DNA from: Cirrosporium novae-zelandiae
Lineage: Eukaryota
Direction of reading: 5' to 3'
Length of the DNA stretch: 31,651 bases
Assembly: GCA_026023565.1 (NCBI GenBank)
Contig: JAPETS010000033.1
Coordinates: forward strand, 310,001 to 341,651
Shown here in pieces: positions 11,644 to 22,889 of this stretch. Numbering within the stretch: position 1 is the first letter of the stretch; each line of letters opens with the position of its first letter. The notes under the pieces are model-generated. The model was not told the DNA's origin. It ran no database searches and saw only the letters and a program-made list of their open reading frames with translations. The translations under genes and the position numbers were made by a program.

Positions 11644-13515
11644 ATGGCCCTCCATGTATATTCTGAAGGTCCAGGCAAATGTCAAATTCCATCCTTGATC
11701 GATGCCACGTCTGATCAGCTTCTATCTGGTCTGAATCAAAAATGCTTTACCAGTGTTGACCTGGTGAACGTCAGTGATTTTACTGCCATTGAACAATTGA
11801 TAATTAACTTGGAAACAGGCCTATTTTGGCAGAACAAATGAAGTGAACCCGGCTCTTCATGCGGTTATGGAGTCGAATCCAGATGCATGGTCGATTGCTG
11901 CACAGCTTGATTTGGAGAGGGCACAAGGTAAACTACGCGGGTAAGACGAAAAAACATATGGCGTGGATGGAATTAATCGTATAGATTACTTATGCGCACG
12001 ATGCTAGGCCTCTCCATGGCCTTCCAGTTCTAATCAAAGGCAATATTGGCACCCGAGATCGGATGCAGACCAATGGTGAGTCATGCCCTAAAGTGCAGAA
12101 ATGGGTTATCTCATAGATCTGGATATAGCCGGCTCTTATGCGCTACAGGACGCAACCCCTCCGGCGGATTCAACAGTAGCCGCTAAACTCAGAGAACATG
12201 GCCTCCTTATCTTAGGCAAAGCGAGTTTGACAGAATGGTCAATGTTTCGCTGTAGCAATGGATCTCATGGTTGGGATGCAGTCTTTGGTCCGACATATGG
12301 TGCCTATCATCCTAAACAGTGCCCGAGTGGGAGTTCAGGTGGAAGTGCGGTGGCTACGGATCTTGGTCTTGCTTGGGCGACACTTGGTACAGAGGTAAGA
12401 TATAATAAAAAACTGTATCTTTCCTACTTTAGATATGACCCATCCCCTTTTTTAGCTGGAGAATGCTGTGCTAACTTCCAATCTAGACCTCCGGTAGCAT
12501 CGTGGGCCCCAGCGACAAGAACAACATCGTCGGTATCAAGCCTACCGTGGGACTGACGTCACGATACTTAGTCGTTCCCGTCAGCGAACACCAGGACACC
12601 GTTGGTCCCATGGCAAGGACTGTAAAGGATGCTGCGAAATTGCTACAGGCCATTACTGGAGTAGACCCCAACGACAATTACACCTCCGCCTCGCCATTCA
12701 AGGCCAAACCCCCTGACTATCTGGCAGCATGCAAATCAACCGGCCTCCAAGGAAAACGCATCGGCATCGCCCAAAATGCCATGGCCGAATTATCCGACTC
12801 AGCTCCACACGTCCTCGAAGCATTCGACCATGCCATATCCATAATGACAACCGCCGGCGCGACCATTGTCGAAAATACCAACTTCACAGCCTTCGCCCGC
12901 TGGAAGGAACAAGAATACAACCCAGTCACCCGCGCTGATTTCGTCACCAATCTCGCACAGTACCTAAGCAAACTCGAACGCAACCCAAACAGTATCCACA
13001 ATATCCAAGACCTCCGCAACTTCACCCAAAAGTGTCCCGAGGAAGAGTACCCCGCCCGCGACACCGCCGTCTGGGACGTCGCAATCGAACTCAATTTATC
13101 CAACACCTCCCTAAACTTCAAATCCCTATACGAGGAAAACCTCCACATAGGCGGTCCAGGCGGAATCTTAGGCGCCCTTTCACGCCACAACCTAGACGCC
13201 ATTGTCTTGCCCGCCACCGTCGCTCCGTTCATCCCAGCCCTAATCGGCACACCCATAGTCACCGTTCCTCTGGGCGCAGCTCCCTCTGATTTCCCGGTTA
13301 CGAAGGAAACCCGCTGGGACGCGGTGGAGAACGGACCGGGAATCCCGTTCGGGATCAGCTTTCTAGGCGCTAAGTGGAGCGAAGAGACGCTGATTGAGAT
13401 TGCGTATGCCTTCGAGCAGAGAACGTTGGCCCGGAAGTCTCTCAGGAGGCATGTCGAGCCGCGTATAGATCTAGTAGACGTGTTAAAAGGCAAGCTAACA
13501 CTCTTACCTAACTAA
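11644..13515 (+). CDS. Amidase-signature (AS) family amidase; upstream signal-peptide coding region interrupted by TGA
   Basis: Exons 11644-11769, 11819-11940, 12008-12075, 12129-12394, 12487-13515. Catalytic triad segments are all present: GPLHGLPVLIKGNI (Lys), PSGSSGGSAV (cis-Ser), LGTETSGSI (Ser nucleophile). Also VGIKPTVGLTSR, QDTVGPMARTVKDAA and IAYAFEQRT. In-frame upstream ATGs at 11530 and 11545 are cut off by TGA 11569-11571. Confidence 0.88.
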
Positions 13516-14510
13516 GCCAAAAGGACGTGGGATATCTGCTACTTGAGTAGATACCCAGTGCTAGGATATATAACCTGGCTACGCCGTAACATGATTTTAT
13601 AACAAAATAAATATCGTTCAAAGAAAATTTACTTACCTATCTTTATTTCCTATTTCCTTTTCCTGTTATCATTTATTCCTAGTATATCCCCATCAGGACA
13701 AATATAAATATGTTCTGAGTCACTAATATTTCTCCTCCTCCTCCTTCTCCTCCTACATTAAAGCATCATAGGATAACATTAGTGTTTTTTTTTTTTTATG
13801 AAAGTTAAACGGAAGTGATATAGCACAACTAAAGAGGTTAAAGTAGACGGGATAAGTGAACGATTGAAGGAGTAAATGGAGCAGATGGATGGAGAGACAC
13901 GCACCCGATAGCCGTCCGGTAGGGAGGGGGGAAATACCTCGTGAGGGGTGATATGTGCAAGCTATTCACGTTAAGCAGACAGGCAAGACATCTAATTGGC
14001 GGTGTATGAGCACAAGTTACACAAGTTACACATGTCACACATATGAGATCAACCATGCTTTGCACATAAATTAATTATCGGGGACTATAAATGGATATGG
14101 TTTGGCTCTGTCCATCTATCTGTCTGCTGGGATAATAAGATGGATAGATAATAAGAAGTAAGCAAGCAGGCCTCGAGAAAGAGATGGAGGAAACTAGGAT
14201 CTAGCTATTTATTTGTATGTGTTCTATCCTGTCCTCAAAATCCTGTAGCAATCAATTAACCCTCTTTCTCTTGAAGTATTTCTTTCATCAGAACCTTTCA
14301 ACTTTCGACCACTTTCTTTTCTTTTCATACTTACGGCTACGGTATTTTTGTTAGTGTTAGGGACACATCGTCAACCCTATCCGACGACCAGCCTCATTCT
14401 ATATAAATTAAGTGAAGAGAAATAGAACCTTCTTCCTCCTCTTCTTCCTCTTCTTCCACCACATCCCCCCTCTCCTCAACAAAAGAACAGAACAAAAAGA
14501 AACAACAACC

Positions 14511-16316
14511 ATGGACTCCACTTCTCCCCCCCCCTACTCAGTCCCCCAGGAAGCAGCATCCCTATTTCATGATGGCATCCTCAAAAACCTCCTGATGGCA
14601 AACGTCCTCCCCCCTCACCTCCAGGAGCTAGGAAAGCTAGTTCGATTCAAGGGCAACGCGCTTCCCAGCATCCCGATCAACTGGCGACTAGCGGAGAGTA
14701 TTTCCGCGCTGAAGGCTTTGGAGGCTACGATGGTGAATTGGATTTTGGAAAGGAAGTATAGGAGAGAGCCTGTAGAGGTGGTTATTGATACGTATGTATT
14801 TGGTCTGTGTGCGTGATGGGGGTTTGGGTGAAGGGAAAAAAAGGAGAGAAGTATGGATGGAAGAGATGATGGGCTAACTTCTTGACTTCTTGTATTATTG
14901 TATTAGGGATCACGCATCGCTATTTTTCATGTCAGCGCCACTCGCTCGTATTCTAGATAAAGATGGGACGGAATCACCCATTACTACGACGAATCCAAAG
15001 ACGCTGAAGATGTTTCCAAATGGGGATAAACATCGCTCGTGTGATAGCACCCATCGGATGTTGGCTACCGGTATCTACAAGACTCGGGATGGGCGGTTTT
15101 ATCATGTGCATGGTTAGTACGGTACTGTACATACATTTATTCAGCAGCAGCAGAACACCAAGCAGTTGCTTTTTTCGCTATGATTGATATCCAGGGGTTC
15201 TCGCTCACTGACCGGCTTCGGCTTTTGTGATTCTTGACAGGAAGCATGAATCCAGACCCAACCCTAACAGCCCTCGGCTTACCACTAGAAGGCGAACCCT
15301 CCGACACATACGAAATGGTAGTTGAACGAGTCCAATCCAAAGTCTCCCAATTCGACTCCACCACTCTAGACTCCCTCTTAAACGACCAGTACCACCAAGC
15401 CGGGACAATCGCCTGGAGCTCCTCGGAATATTTCTCCAGCCCCCACGGCCAGCAAAACGGAAAAATCGGCTTATATGAACTCATTCCAGATCCTCACTCC
15501 TCGCAGCCAGCATCCTGGTGGCCCGACCACCCCAGCCTCCCCCCCTCCTCCCCAAAACGCCCTCTCGCCGGTCTAAAAGTTGTAGACCTCACCCGCATCA
15601 TCGCCGGTCCAACCATCACACGCGGACTCGCCGAACTAGGCGCCAGCGTCATGCGTGTCACCTCCCCGCAGGTAACCGATTTCACAACGGTGCACCACGA
15701 GCTGAATTGGGGGAAATGGAATTGTTCCTTGCATCTGAAGGATAATGAGGGGGATAGGGAAAAGCTAAGGGGATTGATAAGGGAGGCGGATGTGGTGGTT
15801 GATGGGTATCGGCCTGGGGTGATGGAGAAGCTGGGGTTTGGGAGGGAGGATGTGTTCAAGTTGGTAAGGGAGGGGAGGGGGGAGAGGGGGATCGTGCACT
15901 TGAGAGTGAATTGTTATGGGTGGTATGGGCCTTGGGCGCATAGGAGTGGATGGCAAGGGATTAGTGATGCGGTAGGTGTCATCATCATTCCTGAATTTCA
16001 AATCGAGAGGGAAGTTGATTAATCTGTGTGTTTTTAGTGCTGTGGAGTTTCGTTGGCGTATGGCCAGGCGATGGGGGTGGATGAGGCTGTGACTCCTCCT
16101 TTTCCGAATTCGGATCATTGGTATGTATATTGAAGGTTGTCATGAGAAGTTGTTTTTCTTATGTCCCCCCCCCTTCCCTCATTGCATGCAAATACAATAA
16201 TACTCCCAAAACTAACGAACCACCCTTCATAGCACCGGCGTCATCGGAACCACCGCGATCCTCCACGCCCTAATCGAGCGCGCCTCCCAAGGCGGCAGCT
16301 ACGGCGTCGATGTAAG

Positions 16317-16352
<36 letters not shown>

Positions 16353-16806
16353 CCCTTCTATCCATCAACTTCCCTAACCCTCCCCTAACGCTTCAACACA
16401 GGTCTCCCTCAACTACTACTCCCAATGGCTCGCCCGCACCTGCGGCACCTATCCCCCCGCCCTCTGGACCACCCTGCACTCTTCCCACTCATCCCCCCTC
16501 TTCCACCACTACCACAACACCCGCTACACCCTACCCGCAATGTTGAAATTCCTGCACCAGTATGATGAGGATGTGTTGTTTAAGGAAGAGTTTTTTGAAA
16601 AGAGGTGGTCGGGGGCTGTGGGGGCGATGTTTTTGATTGTTAAACCGGTGGCGAGGTATGGGGGTGGGGGTGGGGAGGAGGGGGTAGAGGGAGAGGGAGA
16701 GAGCGATACGGGGGTGGTGGAGTTGGGGTTTCAGGTTGGGACGAGGGGGAATGGAGTTGATGAGCCTGAGTGGCCTGATGACTTAACCGCAGAGATCGTC
16801 AGCTAG
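14511..16806 (+). CDS. CoA-transferase family III (CaiB/BaiF) protein
   Basis: Exons 14511-14791, 14907-15112, 15241-15971, 16038-16120, 16233-16311, 16402-16806, open throughout. Motifs PLAGLKVVDLTRIIAGP, LAELGASVMRV, LNWGKW, ADVVVDGYRPGVMEKLGFG, YGWYGPWAHRSGWQGISDA (candidate catalytic Asp). Confidence 0.92.
16317..16349. repeat. Poly-C tract (33 C) in intron 5 of the CoA-transferase gene
   Basis: Uninterrupted C run immediately after the GTAAG splice donor at 16312-16316. Confidence 0.9.
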
Positions 16807-16869
16807 CTAGCTACAATTCGGGATTCATCTAGCTTTGAAACGTGGCGAGTAGTTCGACTACCACGCACA

Positions 16870-19000
16870 GAGAGAGATATATATATAATATCCTCGCCCT
16901 GAACCCTGCATACAAATTTGGTCCCCCCTTCTTCCTTTTTCCTTTCGTGGTGCAAACTTCACCTTAATAAGAACAAAAGCCTACTTACCCGTCCGTCCCA
17001 TCCATCTAGGACAGATTCAAGCGAAAAGAGTATCCAGTAAATCTTGCTTGCTTGCTTGTTTGATTATTTCAATTCCCTTTTTGATTGTTTAGAGTCAATT
17101 TTATTCACTCACTTCATCCTTCTAAACAAGCAGAAAATATTAAATATCGAATATCAAAGCTACCTTCTCTATCTATTTATCCACCCACCCATCCAGTAAA
17201 TCCCACTTGCTTGCTTACTTCCTTACTTACTTCCTGACTTATTTATTTGACTTAACCCATTCCACCTCACCAGCAACCTCAACTCTTTCAAACTCTCTCT
17301 TTTAATATTTTCAAAGGGCGGGTAAAATAAACTTTCCTTCCCTTCTTTTCCCTTCACCCACTCACCTTTTGAATAAAAAATATCAAATATCAAATATCAA
17401 CAAAAAAAAAAACTATCCATCTATCCATCTATCCAAATATCCAATAAATCCTTTTTTCTTTTTTTTTTTGTTTATTTCCTTATTCCACAACTTTTATATT
17501 ATAATTTCTCATCCCATCTTTTTTTTTTTTCTTCTTCTTCTTCTTCTTTTAAGGGGGAGAGGGCAGACGGGTTTATTAGAAAGGACAAATCAAGACACTC
17601 TCTTACACTTATACTTTTCTAATTACTTCTATATCCTTTTCTTACCTACATAACTAAACCGAAACTAAAAAAAAAGGGATGTGAGGATACCCCAGTTTTT
17701 AGGCGTTGAGCGTTGGGCGTTGGGCGTTCGTTAAGATTTTAGAGGTTGTGATTGTAATTGGGATTGGGATGTACGAGGGCTATATTATATCATATAGATA
17801 TATACGTGAATTCAAATTCACCTAGGCCCCCCCCTAACCGATAAGACGGGAAATCAAGGAAACAGAAATTAGGGAAAGTGGTAGTGGTAGTAGTAGTAGT
17901 AGTAGCTAAAGCCTATAAAGGTACATTACATTGGGATTTATAATCTATGGGATCATGGGATGGGATGGGATAGAAAGGGGGGATAGGAAAAATATGGAAA
18001 TATAAATATAGAAACTTTTTTTGATTATGGTGGGTGGTGGGTGGTTTATATGGTATATTTATAGAAAATAGGGAGGCAGGAGGGGAGGGGTGACTAGGGA
18101 GAGAGAGAAGAGAGAGAGGGAGAAGGTGTGGGGGAGTGAGTGTGTATATAGGGGAGGAAAGTGTATTGTGTGTTGTGCCTTTATGGGGGTGGTGGGTGTG
18201 TGGGTGTGGTGGTGGAGTCGGAGAAGAGGGTTGAGAAGGTAGGGAAAGTCATTAAATCCCCTTCCATTTCCCATTCCTTTTCTCCCTTCCCTTACTTCCT
18301 TCCTTTCTTCCACTGCTTCACCCCCAAAATCCCAAAATCCCAAAATCCCAAAAAAAATATATCTATCCAACTCCTTCTTTCATTCATTCATTCTTTCTTT
18401 CTCCCATCTAATCCATTCTTTCCCCCCCCCCCTCCCTGCTAATAATAATTCATATTTCCATATTTTTCATCTTTACCTAGGGGTAAACAGGTAGGTAGGT
18501 AGGTAGGTAGGTAATTAAAAGAAAATATATATATAAAAAAAACAAAAAAAAGCGAGATGGAAATAGGATAGGATAGGATAGGATAGGATATAATGGGATA
18601 GGGTTAAGGTATAAGATTTGTTATTATTCCTGCTTTGATGGGGGGAAGTGGAAGAGAGAGAGGAAGAGGGAGAGGGGAGAGGAACTATGGGTAATGGGTA
18701 TGGGTATATCGTTGCAAAGTGCTTTCCCAATTTCGATTATTCCAAATCTGACCCCCCCCCCACGTTCAAGTTTACAGTAAACCTTCTTCACCACCAATCA
18801 GGGTAGTCTACTATACAATATCATTCTTAGGCTCTCTCTCCCCCTTCTCTCCCCCTTACTACTTACTACTACTGTAACCACCAAGGCCGTTCTCCATACT
18901 TAAAGTATGATAAAAAAAAAAATCATCTCCTCCCTAACAATAATAAAGATTATCAAGATTCTAATATAAAAAGTAAAAGTTATACAGAGCTAAACTGATT
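16870..19000. repeat. Low-complexity intergenic region with microsatellites
   Basis: (GTA)n 17887-17905; (AGGT)6 18489-18513; (ATAGG)5 18563-18590; poly-T, poly-A and poly-C runs; alternating purine- and pyrimidine-rich tracts. The ORFs here are low-complexity. Confidence 0.8.
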
Positions 19001-19545
19001 ACGAACTAGCCCTGACGAACTAAATAAATGTCCTGCTTTGTGCTGAAAGCGCCACGGGCTGCGGATACATAATTGAAATCCTTCTAATGCTTTGTACACC
19101 CCCATAAATCAGACCCACAAATTGTGTGTGGGTGTTGGCTGACCAAGAAATGAAATTCACTGTCGAGCCAAATGGTAAATGCGCGGGTGGGCTGGCTCCC
19201 AAGGTTGAAAAAATAAGCTGCCAGTTCGGCATTTTCTAGGGTACAGTAAGTAAGTAGGGGATTCTACTGACAATATCATCTTGTTACGCTGATGAGAAAT
19301 ATCTATGTTCTAAAATGTACTGTGCATACTTGTTCTTTCCATCACGTACCTTCTCATGCTTACCTATAACTTTATAAATTATGCGGGCCGAATAATGGGC
19401 GCAAGATTTTACTAGCTTACTGAGATGAACTTGTTTTGCTCCAAGTATAAAGCCAGCACAGCAGGGTACTCTGGATCCTATGATGACGGCTTATTTCGCC
19501 TTGCTCCAGAGCAGAGCGATGTTTGAGTCGGGCGCGATAGTTACT

Positions 19546-19660
19546 CGGTGTTGTCAATAGACCATCTAAGATAGACCTTAGATCGACCAGACCGAGCTTT
19601 TTGATAAACCGGCCAGACCAAGGGGGGAGGTCTGGTCGGTCTAGTCTATTAACAACACTG
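19546..19660. mobile_element. Non-autonomous hAT-type MITE (115 bp) with 8-bp target-site duplication
   Basis: Left TIR CGGTGTTGTCAATAGAC (19546-19562) matches the reverse complement of the right end, CAGTGTTGTTAATAGAC (19644-19660), at 15/17. Perfect flanking direct repeat TAGTTACT at 19538-19545 and 19661-19668. Internal subterminal AGACC/GGTCT repeats. An 8-bp TSD with CAG-initial TIRs is characteristic of hAT elements. Confidence 0.88.
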
Positions 19661-19663
19661 TAG

Positions 19664-21482
19664 TTACTTTGGACGAGGCATTAAATTCTTTGTTTCTAAC
19701 CACATTTCTTCAATAGCCCATCGACTCTTGAAATGGCCAGCCATATTTCTCAATGCCTCAGAGCCGAGGAACCATATTTCGTCATCTTTATGACGACGGT
19801 TTGCACCGAGATGCTTCAGAGCAGCTCGGAGGACATAGAAAGAGGTGACCGGAAGAACATCGACATTGGAATCCGTGAGATTTTTATTGTGGGAGTAAGC
19901 AATATCGGTCATAATCTTCGTGACCGTATCGGGTGCGGCACGCGATGCTTTTGATCATTCTTCAAGCTTTTTCGTGACGGGAGCTTGATTGAGGACGTGC
20001 CAATGTAAAGCAAACAAGGTCCTACCGAGAGTATCGAGGGTCAGAATTATATTGCATTCTACTACTACTACCCGAGTAATAAGTCACATAGCTTATTGTT
20101 ATTGTGATCGAGCCACAGAAGAGGCCCTAGGCTCCATCACATTGGGCCATTACCATGCCAAGAAATGACTGCAATTCGACATCAAGTCTTAACAGCTTGG
20201 CCTGCCGATCTTCAGTGTCAACTATTCTGATGGCGCTGCGAACTTGATCTAGCAGTTGTGCAGCTTGAGCTACACGACCAAAACCACCGACACTATCAGG
20301 AGGCACAGGAGAGACGGGTGGACTGGTCATTGATCCGATATTCGTTGCATGGATTTTACTAAGAAGCTCCATCTCTGACGGCAGAGGATCATCCTTGCCT
20401 GGGAACTTTGAGGCAGGAGGTTGGTCCGGGGGCATAAATTCACAAAAGAAGATTCTAATAGGTGTTAGCGATGACTTCAAGCCGCAAAGCTATAGCAGCT
20501 GGACTGTTCTGGATCACGTAGAAGAGAGTGATAATACCTTTCGCAGATTACTATTGCCCACCACAGACTTGTTTTATCTAACTTCAAGCAAGCCTCGGTG
20601 TCTTCTTGCCAAGCCATAGCTTCAAAATTCTGTTTACCGATTGCATACATCCGCGTGCAGACCCCAATCGATGTATAGGCAGCTTGTAACCGGCCACACG
20701 CATATTCATAAATTGAAATGAGAACACCAGCCTGTATGAGAGCAATCAATACAGGTAGGAATGCTTGAACTTGGGCAAAGAGCATTTTAGTAGTCAAGTA
20801 CAATGAGTCCTTGTCCCCAAGCTATTCTAAAGAAGGCGAAGGACGGTACGTGATCAAGCACATACTGAGAAAAATAATTGACCACTCTGCACTTGGCGGA
20901 GCGCCGCGATTAGCGAGTTGGTTTTGGAAACGCCTTCTCCAGACGAACGGTAGCCACTAATGCATCCTTTGAAAATATCTAGCGCAAACACCATCGACGG
21001 ATTGCCCCGCATCCTGGATGATTCGGCCGGCCTGGAGATGAAGTACTCCATCCATTGCAACCGCCATTGGCTCGACTTTCTGACGTGGGAGCAGGGAGTT
21101 TGACATAAGCGAGTCAGAAAAAGTGTTCATTAGCAAGAAACATGAGCGTACACTCGGGCACAAGTCTTGAAGCATCTGGTTTCTTGTTCCTGTGGAGGGG
21201 GGAAGCGACAATAACATGGTGCCCACAGCTGATGGTATCGGTTTATGTGGCAAGTTGTGTGGTCCTTGACACGTACTTGGGGTAGCTGGGGCAGCTGGAG
21301 CAGCATGTTCATATTGACAAATGAGGGCACGCCTAAACGACGTCAGAGGGGTAATTTCTCGAAGCCGCCAACTCACTAAGTAAGTAGCCATAATTTGGAA
21401 GCTTCTTGTTGCAGCCTTTCTTGCGCGTCTTGCAAGTGATGCAGACCTTGGACGCATGCTGCAGCTGCTCCGGCTCAGCCAT
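19664..21482 (-). pseudogene. Zn(II)2Cys6 fungal transcription factor pseudogene
   Basis: ATG 21482: MAEPEQLQHASKVCITCKTRKKGCNKKLPNYGY..., and exon 2 starts RALICQY. The 4th Cys is replaced by Tyr (TAT, 21390-21392). The 5th Cys is lost at an apparent 1-nt frameshift before intron 21333-21376. Middle region reads YFQRMH*WLPFV...LIQAGVLISIYEY...WWAIVICER. In-frame stops at 20957-20959, 20822-20824, 20127-20129 and 19955-19957. The intron 20022-20091 donor reads CTATGT instead of GTATGT. Confidence 0.88.
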
Positions 21483-22441
21483 CACTCTTCCACTAGCACT
21501 AGCACCAAAGGTACCGAGCATAACTCGCAGAGTATAATGTAGCCTAGGGCGGATGGTGTAGTGGCATTGCACTTCGGGAGCTCTAGTTATTCTGAGCGTA
21601 AGCTTGGTATAATTAAGCTTGGGAGTTCGAATCCTACCGCCTTTAAAATTACAAAAAACGTCTTAATTTTGCAATTGTATACCCGAGAATATAACAGTCA
21701 TAAGCAGGCTATTAGATAGATAATAAATCAGATAACTTTATTTAGATTTAGCCTCAGAGCTAAAACTAGATGCTAAAAATATATCAGAAACAAATTATAA
21801 ACATAAAATACAATATAGATTAAGGTAGAAATGTATAGTAAATGAGGTAAAAACGAGCTGCTGGCTTATTCTATAGAATGCTCGTTTGAATAATACAATA
21901 GACGCTAAGCGCCAATGCTTAATTATCAATAACCGCTTAGGGGTTATTCATAGCAAACCGTAACAGATTATACGTTTGAAAATTAGGATGGTCGCAAGTA
22001 TATATATTTTAGGTGCCAAAAATGAGTGCCTGCAGGGTGCCCTGATAAATAGTATACACTATGGTCTGTGTGGGGGAACGCACCGAGAATAGTGTAGCGT
22101 TTACACTACCCTGCCTTGCGGCCACGCTATTCTAGCAGCGAACAATAACGTGGATAAGGTCCTAAGCTTCGCCCTTAAAGGGACTCATAAATAGGTTCCA
22201 TCAATTAAGAATAGGGTATATAGCAACGAAAGAATATATGCACCGTATTGGTGTACTCAGTATATACGTCCCCGCGAATGTTAGTGATACGGCGTTAGGA
22301 GAAGCCTGCGAAAAGCAGCCGAGAAGCGAGAGATAAAGTGGTCAAGCGTGGTCGATGGAGAGGAGCTGGCGTGACTATTGCCGGGGGCTCTAATGCGACA
22401 TAACTGGATATAGAATAGCAGCTTAGGCCTTAAGCTTAGGC

Positions 22442-22498
22442 CGTGGGGGCTATCCCCCCACGACCCGGAGTTAGAAAATATAGATTCGGAGTTAGAAA
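22442..22498. promoter_or_regulatory. Inverted repeat plus CGG-headed direct repeat in the TF/MFS divergent promoter
   Basis: CGTGGGGG-ctatc-CCCCCACG (22442-22462); CGGAGTTAGAAA at 22466-22477 and 22487-22498. Function is inferred only. Confidence 0.3.
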
Positions 22499-22889
22499 CG
22501 CAGCCCCATATGTCCGTCATAGCCTTTGACGGTGGGTCCTGGCGGCCGCCACTAGTCCTGAATGAACGTTGACGTTGCCACACCCTAGCTAGATATCTAT
22601 GCACTTCCCCTTCCCTTGATGATGATCGTTTTATTGTTCGCATGTCGCCTTCAGGTTATGGCGGACATAGGTGTTTATGATTCCCTTCCCTTGTTACATA
22701 TTAGCACGGTAGCATCAATAATCATGGAGCATAAAGTAGCAAATTCCTCTGGAACATTGTATTTGACTGCGATACTCCCTCCCTCTCTTTCTCTCCTTCA
22801 TTCTCCCTTCAACCCGCCATAGCATCGCGTCACATCACGACCACGACCACGTCCTCACAAGCGTATCTTCCACCCCGAGTTCACCGGTA

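Noticed and set aside
12717..13493. 258-aa antisense ORF opposite the amidase
   Set aside because: Shadow ORF explained by the C-ending codon bias of the sense gene; no protein-like motifs.
17369..18730. Several 70-100 aa ORFs
   Set aside because: Translations of homopolymer and microsatellite tracts.
21570..21645. tRNA-like GGGAGTTCGAATCC motif
   Set aside because: The T-stem pairs poorly and no acceptor, D or anticodon arms can be folded.
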